DNA from: a virus
Lineage: Duplodnaviria > Heunggongvirae > Uroviricota > Caudoviricetes
DNA: 17,769 nucleotides
Direction: 5' to 3' (one strand)
IMG/VR virus record: IMGVR_UViG_2571042372_000007
A program made the translations under genes and the position numbers. The stretch's first letter is position 1. Each line of letters starts with the position of its first letter. The notes beneath the pieces were generated by a model. That model was not told the DNA's origin, did no database searches, and saw nothing but the letters and a program-made list of their open reading frames with translations. This document shows, one piece after another, positions 7,890 to 15,897 of this stretch.

Positions 7890-9691
7890 AAAACGCACCG
7901 AATTTAAAATATCAGCCGAAGGATAAATTCACCGAGGTAATCATTTTTGCCGGGACGGATGCTTACGCCCATGCTCAACACTGGATTGAAAGCGAAGGAC
8001 GAAAACACGGCGATAACGTGCCTCCTGTTTACCTGGGGCCAAAGCAACTGGCAGACCTGGCGAATATCCGCATTGTCGACGATGAACGCCGCTTTGCGCG
8101 TGTCTATCTCGCGGGGGAGATAGAGCCAATCCAGATCAATGCTATTGCTGAAAAGCTGGCGCTGGCTGGTGTACAGGACGCGAAATTATACAAAGGTATC
8201 ACCGACCGGGAGCCGGAAAACTGGCGCGACTACCTGCAACGGATCCGCGAACAGGCAGAGAGTGGGGAAGTTTCAGCGATGAAATTAGCCACAAAAAATA
8301 TTGACCTATCCAGGCCAGCACTAAATCAGATGGGAGCCAGCCAGAGAGGGGAAGTGTTACTTGAATATTATGGAAGAGCACTGGCTATAAATGATGATTC
8401 TGATGTAGTTCACCATTACAACGGAATTGTCTGGGTGCCTGTATCTGATAAGGAACTCCAGCGGTCTATGGCGAAGATTTTTATTGATGCTGGAATCAGT
8501 TATTCGCAAAACGCCATTAAATTTGCCGTAGACACAATGAAATTGAGCCTGCCTGTTATGGGCGGGGCAGACAGGAATCTTATTGGATTCAGTAACGGGG
8601 TATTTGATACCCGGACGGGAAATTTTCGGGAGCATAACAAAAATGACTGGTTGTTAAATGCCAGTGAATTACCGTTCAGCCCACCAGCAGAGGGGGAAAC
8701 GCTGGCAACACATGCGCCGAATTTCTGGAAGTGGCTGCGTCGTTCGGTGGCAGATAATGATCGTAAAGCTGATCGCGTACTGGCGGCATTATTCATGGTA
8801 CTGGCGAACCGGTACGACTGGCAGTTATTCCTTGAGGTAACAGGCCCAGGCGGAAGCGGTAAAAGTGTGATGGCTGAGATTTGTACCATGCTGGCGGGTA
8901 AGGCCAACACAGTATCGGCAAGCATGAAGGCTCTGGAAGACGCAAGGGAACGCGCGTTAGTAGTTGGCTTTTCGCTGATTATCATGCCGGATATGACTCG
9001 CTACGCTGGCGATGGTGCAGGAATTAAGGCAATTACTGGCGGCGACAAGGTGGCAATTGATCCGAAACATAAAGCCCCCTACTCCACACGTATTCCGGCA
9101 GTAGTGCTTGCGGTAAACAATAACGCCATGTCATTCAGTGACCGAAGCGGGGGGATCTCGCGTCGTAGGGTGATATTTAATTTCTCTGAGGTCGTACCGG
9201 AGAACGAACGCGATCCCATGCTGGCGGAAAAGATAGAAGGCGAACTGGCGGTAGTGATTCGCCATTTGCTAACACGATTTACCGACCAGGACGAAGCTAA
9301 AAGACTACTTTATGAGCAGCAAAAATCAGAAGAAGCGCTGTTGATAAAGCGCGAAGGTGATTCACTGGTGGACTTTTGCGGCTATCTGATGTCGTTGGTT
9401 AAATGTGAAGGAATGATGGTGGGCAATGCGGAAATAGTGCCATTTAGCCCGAGGCGATACCTGTATCATGCTTATTTAGCCTATATGTCAGCGCATGGCC
9501 TGGGAAAACCAGTATCACTGACACGCTTTGGTACTGATATGCCAGGAGCTATGGCGGAATACGGAAAGGAGTATAAGCGGGCTAAATGCACTAAAGGCCC
9601 GGATAAAGGGCGAGTGATAACAAATGTTCTGTTAGATGATGATGCTGATGGCTGGTTGCCAGCAGCTACAGGGATTAACGACAGAACATAA
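7886..9691 (+). CDS. Replication protein: P4-alpha-like primase/helicase C-terminal region (D5_N-like plus SF3 helicase)
   Basis: 601-aa ORF with Walker A VTGPGGSGKS and a downstream Walker-B-like acidic stretch (LIIMPD), typical of the phage/plasmid primase P4-family C-terminal domain; followed by an iteron-rich origin-like region. Confidence 0.85.
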   Translation: MKNAPNLKYQPKDKFTEVIIFAGTDAYAHAQHWIESEGRKHGDNVPPVYLGPKQLADLANIRIVDDERRFARVYLAGEIEPIQINAIAEKLALAGVQDAKLYKGITDREPENWRDYLQRIREQAESGEVSAMKLATKNIDLSRPALNQMGASQRGEVLLEYYGRALAINDDSDVVHHYNGIVWVPVSDKELQRSMAKIFIDAGISYSQNAIKFAVDTMKLSLPVMGGADRNLIGFSNGVFDTRTGNFREHNKNDWLLNASELPFSPPAEGETLATHAPNFWKWLRRSVADNDRKADRVLAALFMVLANRYDWQLFLEVTGPGGSGKSVMAEICTMLAGKANTVSASMKALEDARERALVVGFSLIIMPDMTRYAGDGAGIKAITGGDKVAIDPKHKAPYSTRIPAVVLAVNNNAMSFSDRSGGISRRRVIFNFSEVVPENERDPMLAEKIEGELAVVIRHLLTRFTDQDEAKRLLYEQQKSEEALLIKREGDSLVDFCGYLMSLVKCEGMMVGNAEIVPFSPRRYLYHAYLAYMSAHGLGKPVSLTRFGTDMPGAMAEYGKEYKRAKCTKGPDKGRVITNVLLDDDADGWLPAATGINDRT

Positions 9692-9718
9692 TACGAAATT
9701 TATAAGCTGAAACGTAAA

Positions 9719-9918
9719 GGTAGACGGTTGGTAGACAGATTCACTTAACCCTCTACCAACCATCTACCAATTAATATTTTGAATTATAAAGATATTTTCA
9801 ATGTGGTAGAGAGGTAGACAGTTATTTCTATATTCCTAAACCACGGGGGGTATATAAAAAACAGATAGTTAAGGGGGCATTTTTTAAATTTCTCTTTTAA
9901 CTGTCTACACTGTCTACC
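9719..9918. repeat. Iteron cluster (GGTAGAC/GGTAGAG, 8 copies in both orientations) flanking an AT-rich spacer: candidate replication origin
   Basis: GGTAGAC at 9719 and 9730; inverted CTCTACC 9751 and TCTACC 9763; GGTAGAG 9805 and GGTAGAC 9813; inverted GTCTAC 9903 and TGTCTACC 9911. AT-rich stretch TTAATATTTTGAATTATAAAGATATTTTCAAT between the pairs. Confidence 0.65.
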
Positions 9919-9998
9919 ATTTAGTAAAAATCATTAATTATCAATGAACCGCCCCGGGAATCCTGGAGACTAAACTTCCTGAGAAAGAGGTAAACAGG

Positions 9999-10325
9999 AT
10001 GACTAAAAATACTCGTTTTTCCCCCGAAGTCCGTCAACGGGCAGTCCGTATGGTTCTGGAAAGTCAGAGCGAATATGACTCACAATGGGCGACAATTTGT
10101 TCCATTGCTCCAAAGATTGGCTGTACGCCGGAGACTCTGCGTGTCTGGGTTCGCCAGCATGAGCGGGATACCGGGGGCGGTGATGGAGGGCTCACCACCG
10201 CTGAACGTCAGCGTCTGAAAGAGCTGGAACGTGAAAATCGTGAACTGCGCCGCAGTAACGATATCCTTCGCCAGGCTTCCGCTTATTTTGCGAAGGCGGA
10301 GTTCGACCGCCTCTGGAAAAAATGA
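9999..10325 (+). CDS. IS3-family transposase OrfA (HTH and leucine-zipper region)
   Basis: 108 aa, [55 protein letters not shown]...[30 protein letters not shown]. Confidence 0.85.
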   Translation: MTKNTRFSPEVRQRAVRMVLESQSEYDSQWATICSIAPKIGCTPETLRVWVRQHERDTGGGDGGLTTAERQRLKELERENRELRRSNDILRQASAYFAKAEFDRLWKK

Positions 10326-11212
10326 TGCCACTGCTGGATAAGCTGCGTGAGCAGTACGGGGTCGGACCGCTATGCAGCGAACTGCATATTGCCCCGTCAA
10401 CGTATTACCACTGTCAGCAACAGCGACATCATCCGGATAAACGCAGTGCCCGTGCGCAGCGCGATGACTGGCTGAAGAAAGAGATACAGCGCGTATACGA
10501 TGAAAATCACAAGGTATACGGTGTGCGTAAAGTCTGGCGTCAGTTGTTACGGGAAGGTATCAGAGTGGCCAGATGCACTGTGGCACGTCTCATGGCGGTT
10601 ATGGGACTTGCCGGTGTTCTCCGGGGTAAAAAGGTCCGTACGACCATCAGCCGGAAAGCCGTTGCCGCAGGCGACCGCGTAAACCGTCAGTTCGTGGCAG
10701 AACGACCTGACCAGCTGTGGGTGGCTGATTTTACTTACGTCAGCACATGGCGGGGCTTCGTCTATGTGGCGTTCATCATTGATGTGTTTGCCGGATACAT
10801 CGTGGGGTGGCGGGTCTCATCGTCCATGGAAACGACATTCGTGCTGGATGCACTGGAGCAGGCGTTATGGGCCCGTCGACCGTCCGGCACGGTCCATCAC
10901 AGTGATAAAGGTTCTCAGTATGTATCGCTGGCCTACACACAGCGGCTTAAGGAAGCCGGATTACTGGCATCAACAGGAAGTACAGGCGACTCGTATGACA
11001 ACGCGATGGCGGAGAGCATCAATGGTCTTTACAAAGCGGAGGTAATACACCGTAAGAGCTGGAAAAACCGTGCAGAAGTGGAACTGGCCACACTCACGTG
11101 GGTGGACTGGTATAACAATCGACGATTGCTGGAAAGGCTGGGCCATACTCCTCCGGCAGAAGCAGAAAAAGCTTATTATGCTTCCATCGGAAACGATGAT
11201 CTGGCAGCCTGA
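10322..11212 (+). CDS. IS3-family transposase OrfB (DDE catalytic domain), expressed as OrfAB by -1 frameshift
   Basis: 296 aa; overlaps orfA by ATGA; DDE-type integrase core (WVADFTYV..., [10 protein letters not shown]..., YDNAMAES...) characteristic of IS3 transposases. Confidence 0.85.
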   Translation: MMPLLDKLREQYGVGPLCSELHIAPSTYYHCQQQRHHPDKRSARAQRDDWLKKEIQRVYDENHKVYGVRKVWRQLLREGIRVARCTVARLMAVMGLAGVLRGKKVRTTISRKAVAAGDRVNRQFVAERPDQLWVADFTYVSTWRGFVYVAFIIDVFAGYIVGWRVSSSMETTFVLDALEQALWARRPSGTVHHSDKGSQYVSLAYTQRLKEAGLLASTGSTGDSYDNAMAESINGLYKAEVIHRKSWKNRAEVELATLTWVDWYNNRRLLERLGHTPPAEAEKAYYASIGNDDLAA

Positions 11213-11254
11213 GTTCACAGATAAAACACTCTCCAGGAAACCCGGGGCGGTTCA

Positions 11255-12119
11255 TGTTGTATCTGGAGTAAAACCTGATCCTGAGCTTGCTGCTTCAATT
11301 AAAACTGAAATTGACAGCTTAGATGCAAAAATCAACGAAGCCAAAGCTGATGCTCGTCAGTATAGTGGTGGTCTGATAAAGGTACTAAAATTATCTACTG
11401 TTGCCACTGAAGAGCAGACTATGGCAATGTTGCAGCAAAAGTACCTCACAGCCAAGTATGGCCTCGCTGAAGTTAAGCTGGCATCAGTACAAGATAATGA
11501 CGCAAAAAACAGTACTGAAACGGAAGTAACAGCCAAAAATTCCCAAGATCAACTTCCTTTACTCCCGCCAGCGGATGGTCCGTTTGGCTTAGAAGCCGGT
11601 CTTACACAGAAAAACATCGAAGATATGATCGGTGCTAAGCTCAAGCCACTACCAGACAGTGTGAATCTGTATACTTCTGATAAATTACCGAAGCAAAACG
11701 CAGATTTTGAAATGTATGGTTTGTTGATCTCCCCGAAAGCTGGTTTATGTCAAATACGGGCTTTAGGAAAAAATATTGATACTGATAGCTATGGATTGGC
11801 TCTTAAATCCAAGTTTGAAGAATTGAGTAATTCTTTAAGTTCTCTGTATGGAAAGGCTGATACTACAGACTTTTTGCTGGCTGGTTCAATTTGGAAAGAT
11901 CCTCAGGACTGGATGAGGGGGCTAAACAAAAAAGAACGCTTCTTATCTGCCACATGGAAGGGAACAAAAGAAATACCATTAAAAAACAATATTGATACTA
12001 TCTCTATTGAGGCCAGAGCGAACAATTCCACTCAGGGATATGTCTATCTGCAGTACTCATTTACAAATGACGAAATTTGTCAGGCAGAAATTGAAGGGGC
12101 GAAAAAAAGTTCCCTTTAA
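11255..12119 (+). pseudogene. Hypothetical protein, apparently 5'-truncated at the IS629-like right end (possible internal restart at ATG 11421)
   Basis: Reading frame is continuous from inside the IS (track ORF 11070..12119) with no start codon immediately after the IS end; first in-frame ATG after the IS is 11421. Followed by a strong terminator. Confidence 0.45.
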
Positions 12120-12130
12120 ACAATCCGTGC

Positions 12131-12160
12131 AAAGCCCCTTAGTAAGGGGCTTTTATATAT
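12131..12160 (+). terminator. Rho-independent terminator
   Basis: AAAGCCCCTTAGTAAGGGGCTTTTATATATT: GC stem GCCCC/GGGGC, 7-nt loop, T-rich tail, 12 bp after the stop at 12119. Confidence 0.65.
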
Positions 12161-12182
12161 TAATGTCCAACGGGGGGATTAG

Positions 12183-12506
12183 ATGAAAGATAATCTAGAA
12201 AAACTAATTGAAAATACTTTAAAAGATATTCTATTAGCTAATGCTGCTCTAACATTCATTTTTGCAATACCAATGGCTATTATCAGTAGGCATGGGATGG
12301 GCATCACAATCTGGTTTATAACTGTGCTCATTGCACCTGCTCTGTGTGCAGTAGGTGCATGGCTTGTATCTCGAACATTCGGCCATGCTGAGGAGTTCTT
12401 TCATCGTCGGTGGGCTAAGCGAATTTATGTTTTTTATACTCTTGCGGCTGCCGAGTTTTTGCTTGTGTACTCAATCGCGCAAATAATGAAAAATCTGATG
12501 AAATAA
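12183..12506 (+). CDS. Small membrane protein, 107 aa, about three predicted transmembrane helices
   Basis: Hydrophobic stretches AALTFIFAIPMAIIS, ITIWFITVLIAPALCAVGAWLV, VFYTLAAAEFLLVYSIAQI; AT-rich. Confidence 0.5.
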   Translation: MKDNLEKLIENTLKDILLANAALTFIFAIPMAIISRHGMGITIWFITVLIAPALCAVGAWLVSRTFGHAEEFFHRRWAKRIYVFYTLAAAEFLLVYSIAQIMKNLMK

Positions 12507-12747
12507 TTAACAAGTTATTATCATGGGGTTTGTGGCTGTTAACCTGCAGTGAGGCGACAATCGTGTATTTATAAAAACTTCCCCTTTTCACTCCCCGCTG
12601 TTTCTTCTGCTATTGCCTTTATGTTTGCATGCACCAACATCTGCCATACCTTTGCAGAAAAATCAGAGCATTCAGTGCCGAAGGTTGGTTTATTGATGCT
12701 TTTCGTTTCATTTATTGCAATTGTCTCTGGTATCATTTCAATTTGTG

Positions 12748-12765
12748 CAATAATTGCAATTATTG
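12748..12765. promoter_or_regulatory. 18-bp perfect palindrome CAATAATTGCAATTATTG (candidate operator) upstream of the 12785 gene
   Basis: Exact dyad symmetry, 20 bp upstream of ATG 12785; further ATTGCAAT-like half-sites at 12712-12745. Confidence 0.6.
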
Positions 12766-12784
12766 TCATTCAGAAGGGATCATC

Positions 12785-12952
12785 ATGAAAAATCACGGAG
12801 TAAAGCCAGTTTTACTTTCCCGGAGGCAGATCGAAGCCCTGCAACGCATCCAGGACGAAGAGCGTCAGAAATCTGTGCTTGGTGTGGCACCGTCGATTCA
12901 TGTTACTGCCCGGCAACTGATGGATAAGGCACTTAAAGAGGTGAGGCTGTGA
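12785..12952 (+). CDS. Small hypothetical protein, 55 aa, possible regulator
   Basis: ATG 12785 with SD AAGGGA 5 nt upstream; MKNHGVKPVLLSRRQIEALQRIQDEERQKS...; stop overlaps the GTG start of the next gene. The track's longer 12629 start would read through the operator palindrome. Confidence 0.45.
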   Translation: MKNHGVKPVLLSRRQIEALQRIQDEERQKSVLGVAPSIHVTARQLMDKALKEVRL

Positions 12953-13221
12953 AATTAAATATCAGAGTGGATAAACGCCAGCTATGGCAGAAAAAAGAGA
13001 ACAGCGAGGCATTCAGGGCTTTGCTGGTGGAAAATCTTCGGCACCGGTTCAGTGGAGAGTTGCCAGATGCACTGGGGAAGAAACTGGAATCCCTGACAGT
13101 GGAAATTGGCGATTATGGCTTTGTTGATGTTGAAAGCACGACTGCCAACACAGAAATCGTAAAACAGGTCGTCAATGATGTAATGAAAACCACGCTTAGC
13201 CAGCCATCCTGGCGCAACTGA
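12949..13221 (+). CDS. Hypothetical protein, 90 aa
   Basis: GTG start overlapping the upstream stop (GTGA); acidic and helical in character; followed by a GGGGC-N7-GCCCC hairpin at about 13228-13248. Confidence 0.5.
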   Translation: MKLNIRVDKRQLWQKKENSEAFRALLVENLRHRFSGELPDALGKKLESLTVEIGDYGFVDVESTTANTEIVKQVVNDVMKTTLSQPSWRN

Positions 13222-13320
13222 ATCAGTAAGGGGCGGTTATTGCCCCTTTCCTCCATACCCACAACGCATTCCCTTTCCGCATGAAATTATTTTTTATCGT
13301 ATATGCATGAGGTGAGCTAC

Positions 13321-13848
13321 ATGTTGATGAGTAAAGCCGAATACGCCAAATACAAAGGCGTAAGCCGCCAGACAGTTTACGACTGGCTCGAGAAAGGCGA
13401 AGTGGTCATGTCCGGTAAAAAAATTGATGTGGAAGCGACAGAGCAGCGGAACAGCCCACCAGCACAGGGGAAAGACACCATTTCTGAAATGTGGCCAGAA
13501 AGAACGCTGGAAATGACATGGGGCGAGTTCTGGAAAGCAGTTAAGGCCAGAGACGGTAAAATTCCTGCGCCAGTAACGGACGAGGGCATACAGCAGCGTG
13601 TGCTGTATGCAGCCGGGGAATTAGGCTGGGAAGTGCACTTTCTTGATGATGGTGCTATCTGTCTTGAGGATGATGAAGGGCAGCATTACTTTGAAAAATA
13701 CAATTTGCGAGGTAATGCCAGGCTGGCAATTCGTATGCTGCGTTGCGAACTCTGCTATGTTGCCAGCGATTGTCCCGATGAACAGGACACATGGAGTGAG
13801 GCAGGACTAAACGCCTTGGCTGAATGGGAAAAATCAGGCCATCAATGA
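13321..13848 (+). CDS. HTH-domain DNA-binding protein, about 176 aa
   Basis: SD GAGGTG 6 nt before ATG 13321; N-terminus MSKAEYAKYKGVSRQTVYDWLEKGEV is a canonical helix-turn-helix; lies directly upstream of the GTGTCAA repeat array. Confidence 0.6.
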   Translation: MLMSKAEYAKYKGVSRQTVYDWLEKGEVVMSGKKIDVEATEQRNSPPAQGKDTISEMWPERTLEMTWGEFWKAVKARDGKIPAPVTDEGIQQRVLYAAGELGWEVHFLDDGAICLEDDEGQHYFEKYNLRGNARLAIRMLRCELCYVASDCPDEQDTWSEAGLNALAEWEKSGHQ

Positions 13849-13854
13849 CCTCAA

Positions 13855-14136
13855 AAAGTGTCAAGTTGAGCAGTTTGCCAGGTTGACACTTTACACTCTG
13901 AACGCGAAAAAGTGTCAACCTCGCTGGATGCCTCGCCATTACTGGCCTTGTACCATATTCACCACGTCAAAAAACCGAAAAAATAGCGAAAAGTGTCAAG
14001 TTGCCATGCTTAGAAATGCTAAGGTTTGATAAGGTTTTTCGCGAAAAAGTGTCAAGTGTGTCAACCTGCGGTATTAAGATTTATTAAGGTCTTAAGCCGG
14101 AAAGTGTCAACCAGCCCCTAAGATTTCCTAAGGTGT
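13855..14136. repeat. Array of AAAGTGTCAA(S) repeats (six direct, one inverted) with paired TAAGRTT half-sites
   Basis: AGTGTCAA cores at 13857, 13911, 13992, 14048, 14103, plus GTGTCAACC at 14058 and inverted TTGACACT at 13883; AAGGTT/AAGATT pairs at about 14020-14037, 14076-14095 and 14119-14136, giving three tandem units of about 50 bp. Confidence 0.65.
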
Positions 14137-14141
14137 AAATC

Positions 14142-14321
14142 ATGACCATCACCGAAGCCGATATGCTGGAGATGCTCCGCAGCATTGCCGAAATCAAACA
14201 ACCAGCAAGCAAAATTAACAGGTGTTCAGCGCCTGTTTCCGTTGTGCTGCAACAGGAACGCCACCAGCATGATGATGTGAGGCCGTATCAGTGGAAGAAA
14301 CCGGACAGGCTGCGGCGATAA
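14142..14321 (+). CDS. Small hypothetical ORF, 59 aa
   Basis: ATG 14142 with SD AAGGTG 5 nt upstream; below the 60-aa cutoff of the supplied track; MTITEADMLEMLRSIAEIKQ... Confidence 0.3.
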   Translation: MTITEADMLEMLRSIAEIKQPASKINRCSAPVSVVLQQERHQHDDVRPYQWKKPDRLRR

Positions 14322-14670
14322 AGGGTTGTTTAAAAGGTAGTTAAAAATTGAGTTCGCTAGCCGTCTAGCTTATCGATGCGTTAATTGGTTGATATTTTTT
14401 ATGTCGTAATATTGTGTTCTGTGGCTGGTGGGAGTTTATGTTGAAAACTGCCGATTCTGATAGGCTTTTTGCCATACGTATGCAGGAGAATTGACCATGT
14501 GAAGCAGGCAGGCATGTTGAGGAGAGCACTTACGCAGGATTGCTTAATCATTATTGAAAGACTCTGTGTTTCAAGTATCCTAATCAGTTAACTTCAGGAG
14601 CAAATTTTGAGCTTATACGGATCCCCGTATTATGAGCCTCAATTGAAAATTTTGGGTAAGTGATTTAAAG

Positions 14671-15897
14671 ATGATTGCAGGCGCGAAAAGAGGGAGAAAC
14701 GAACGCAAGGGGCTTCACTCTTGGCATCCATACTATGCGGGCTATTCAGAGTCATTTGTGGCTTCTGTTTTGCAGGCTGAAGGAGTTAAGTCGTCCGCTA
14801 CCGTTCTTGATCCTTGGATGGGAAGCGGTACCACTGGTATAGTTTGTCAAAAGCAAACCATAAAGTGTATTGGAGCAGATATTAATCCTGTAATGAGCTA
14901 TTTTGCTGCAGCCAAAAGTAGGGATAATATTTCAGCGCTGGATTATACCGGAGAGCAACTCCTGGAAAGGATACTGCTTTGCTTTAGAAAAAAAACAAAA
15001 GATATAACTGAGTCATCGAAGGGCTATCCACTTATTGAACAGTTACAAAAGTTTTATAAATGTATCTGTGATCAGTTTATGGATAAAGGACAAAATGATA
15101 TCGTAAATCCTTTAAAAGCATTTTATTGCAGTGTTTTATTTTATACTGTTCGCAATGTCCTTGATGTTAGGTCAACTTCAAATCCTACATGGATTTCTAA
15201 AAAAGTAGACTTTAATAATAAATTTGATATTTGTTTTGAATATAATAAAAATTTTAAAATTATGCGTGAGCAGTTAAGTGAATATTATGGCAGCGCTAAT
15301 GGGGGGGCATGTTACTCGATTTTAAACGTGGATAGTAAAAAATTAAATATTAAAAGTAACACAATTGATCTTGTTATTACATCGCCACCGTATTTAACAC
15401 GAATAGACTATGCCGTTTCTACTCGTCTTGAGTTGGAAATAATTTTAGGGAGTGAGGGATATAAGTCTCTTAGAAAGGAAATGATGGGCACGACGACTGT
15501 GCCTAAAGTTGCGGATGAAATTAATAAAAAATGGGGGCCATTGTGTATGGATGTTTTGTCATCGGTAACATCGCATACATCAAGAGCATCTGGAAGTTAT
15601 TACCTTAAAAATAAAATTAGATATTTTTCTGATGCGTATGAGTCATTAATGGAAATCTTTAGAGTTTTAAAGGTAGGTTGCTCTGGTTATTTTGTAATAC
15701 AAAATTCATATTATAAGGAAATAGAGATTCCGCTTTATGATATTTATTGTGAAATGGCGCTTTCTATTGGGTTTTCAGAAGCGAAATGTGTGAGAGAAGA
15801 TCAAGTTAAAGCAATATTTGGACAAATAAATACCAAGTCAAAAAATTATATTAAAGATAAAGTTTATTTTGAAAAAATCATAAGGATAACAAAATGA
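14671..15897 (+). CDS. SAM-dependent methyltransferase (putative DNA N6-adenine/N4-cytosine MTase), motif I before motif IV
   Basis: 408 aa; AdoMet-binding motif DPWMGSGTTG (about 14809-14838) and catalytic SPPY (about 15384-15395) in the ITSPPYLTRIDY context; AT-rich; stop overlaps the start of the next gene (ATGA). Confidence 0.75.
   Translation: MIAGAKRGRNERKGLHSWHPYYAGYSESFVASVLQAEGVKSSATVLDPWMGSGTTGIVCQKQTIKCIGADINPVMSYFAAAKSRDNISALDYTGEQLLERILLCFRKKTKDITESSKGYPLIEQLQKFYKCICDQFMDKGQNDIVNPLKAFYCSVLFYTVRNVLDVRSTSNPTWISKKVDFNNKFDICFEYNKNFKIMREQLSEYYGSANGGACYSILNVDSKKLNIKSNTIDLVITSPPYLTRIDYAVSTRLELEIILGSEGYKSLRKEMMGTTTVPKVADEINKKWGPLCMDVLSSVTSHTSRASGSYYLKNKIRYFSDAYESLMEIFRVLKVGCSGYFVIQNSYYKEIEIPLYDIYCEMALSIGFSEAKCVREDQVKAIFGQINTKSKNYIKDKVYFEKIIRITK

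Larger units (their letters stand above)
9945..11254 (+). mobile_element. IS3-family insertion sequence, IS629-like (1310 bp) with imperfect terminal inverted repeats
   Basis: Left end TGAACCGCCCCGGGAATCCTGGAGA (9945-), right end ...TCTCCAGGAAACCCGGGGCGGTTCA (to 11254); TG...CA termini; two overlapping ORFs in the orfA / -1 frame orfB arrangement. OrfA matches what I recall of IS629/IS1203. Confidence 0.85.

Noticed and set aside
7446-8985. Minus-strand ORFs within the small-gene operon and primase gene (for example 7446..7898, 8500..8985)
   Set aside because: Antisense to coherent, translationally coupled plus-strand genes; low-complexity products.
9941-11258. Target-site duplication flanking the IS629-like element
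   Set aside because: The 3 to 4 bp on each side (CAA/TCAA versus TGT/TGTT) do not match, so no duplication is called; this is treated as evidence of rearrangement rather than simple insertion.
11070-12119. 349-aa ORF as one intact gene
   Set aside because: Its first about 62 codons lie inside the IS629-like right end (overlapping the orfB 3' end and the terminal inverted repeat); it is a fusion artefact of the IS junction.
12549-12788. 79-aa hydrophobic ORF, and the 107-aa ORF 12629..12952 with its long N-terminus
   Set aside because: Both cross the 18-bp palindrome and promoter-like region; the 107-aa ORF's N-terminal half is Cys-rich low-complexity, and a well-placed SD supports the internal start at 12785 instead.
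13849-14140. CRISPR array interpretation of the GTGTCAA repeats
   Set aside because: Repeat units are only about 8 to 12 bp, irregularly spaced, present in both orientations, with no regular spacers of 28-40 bp and no cas genes.
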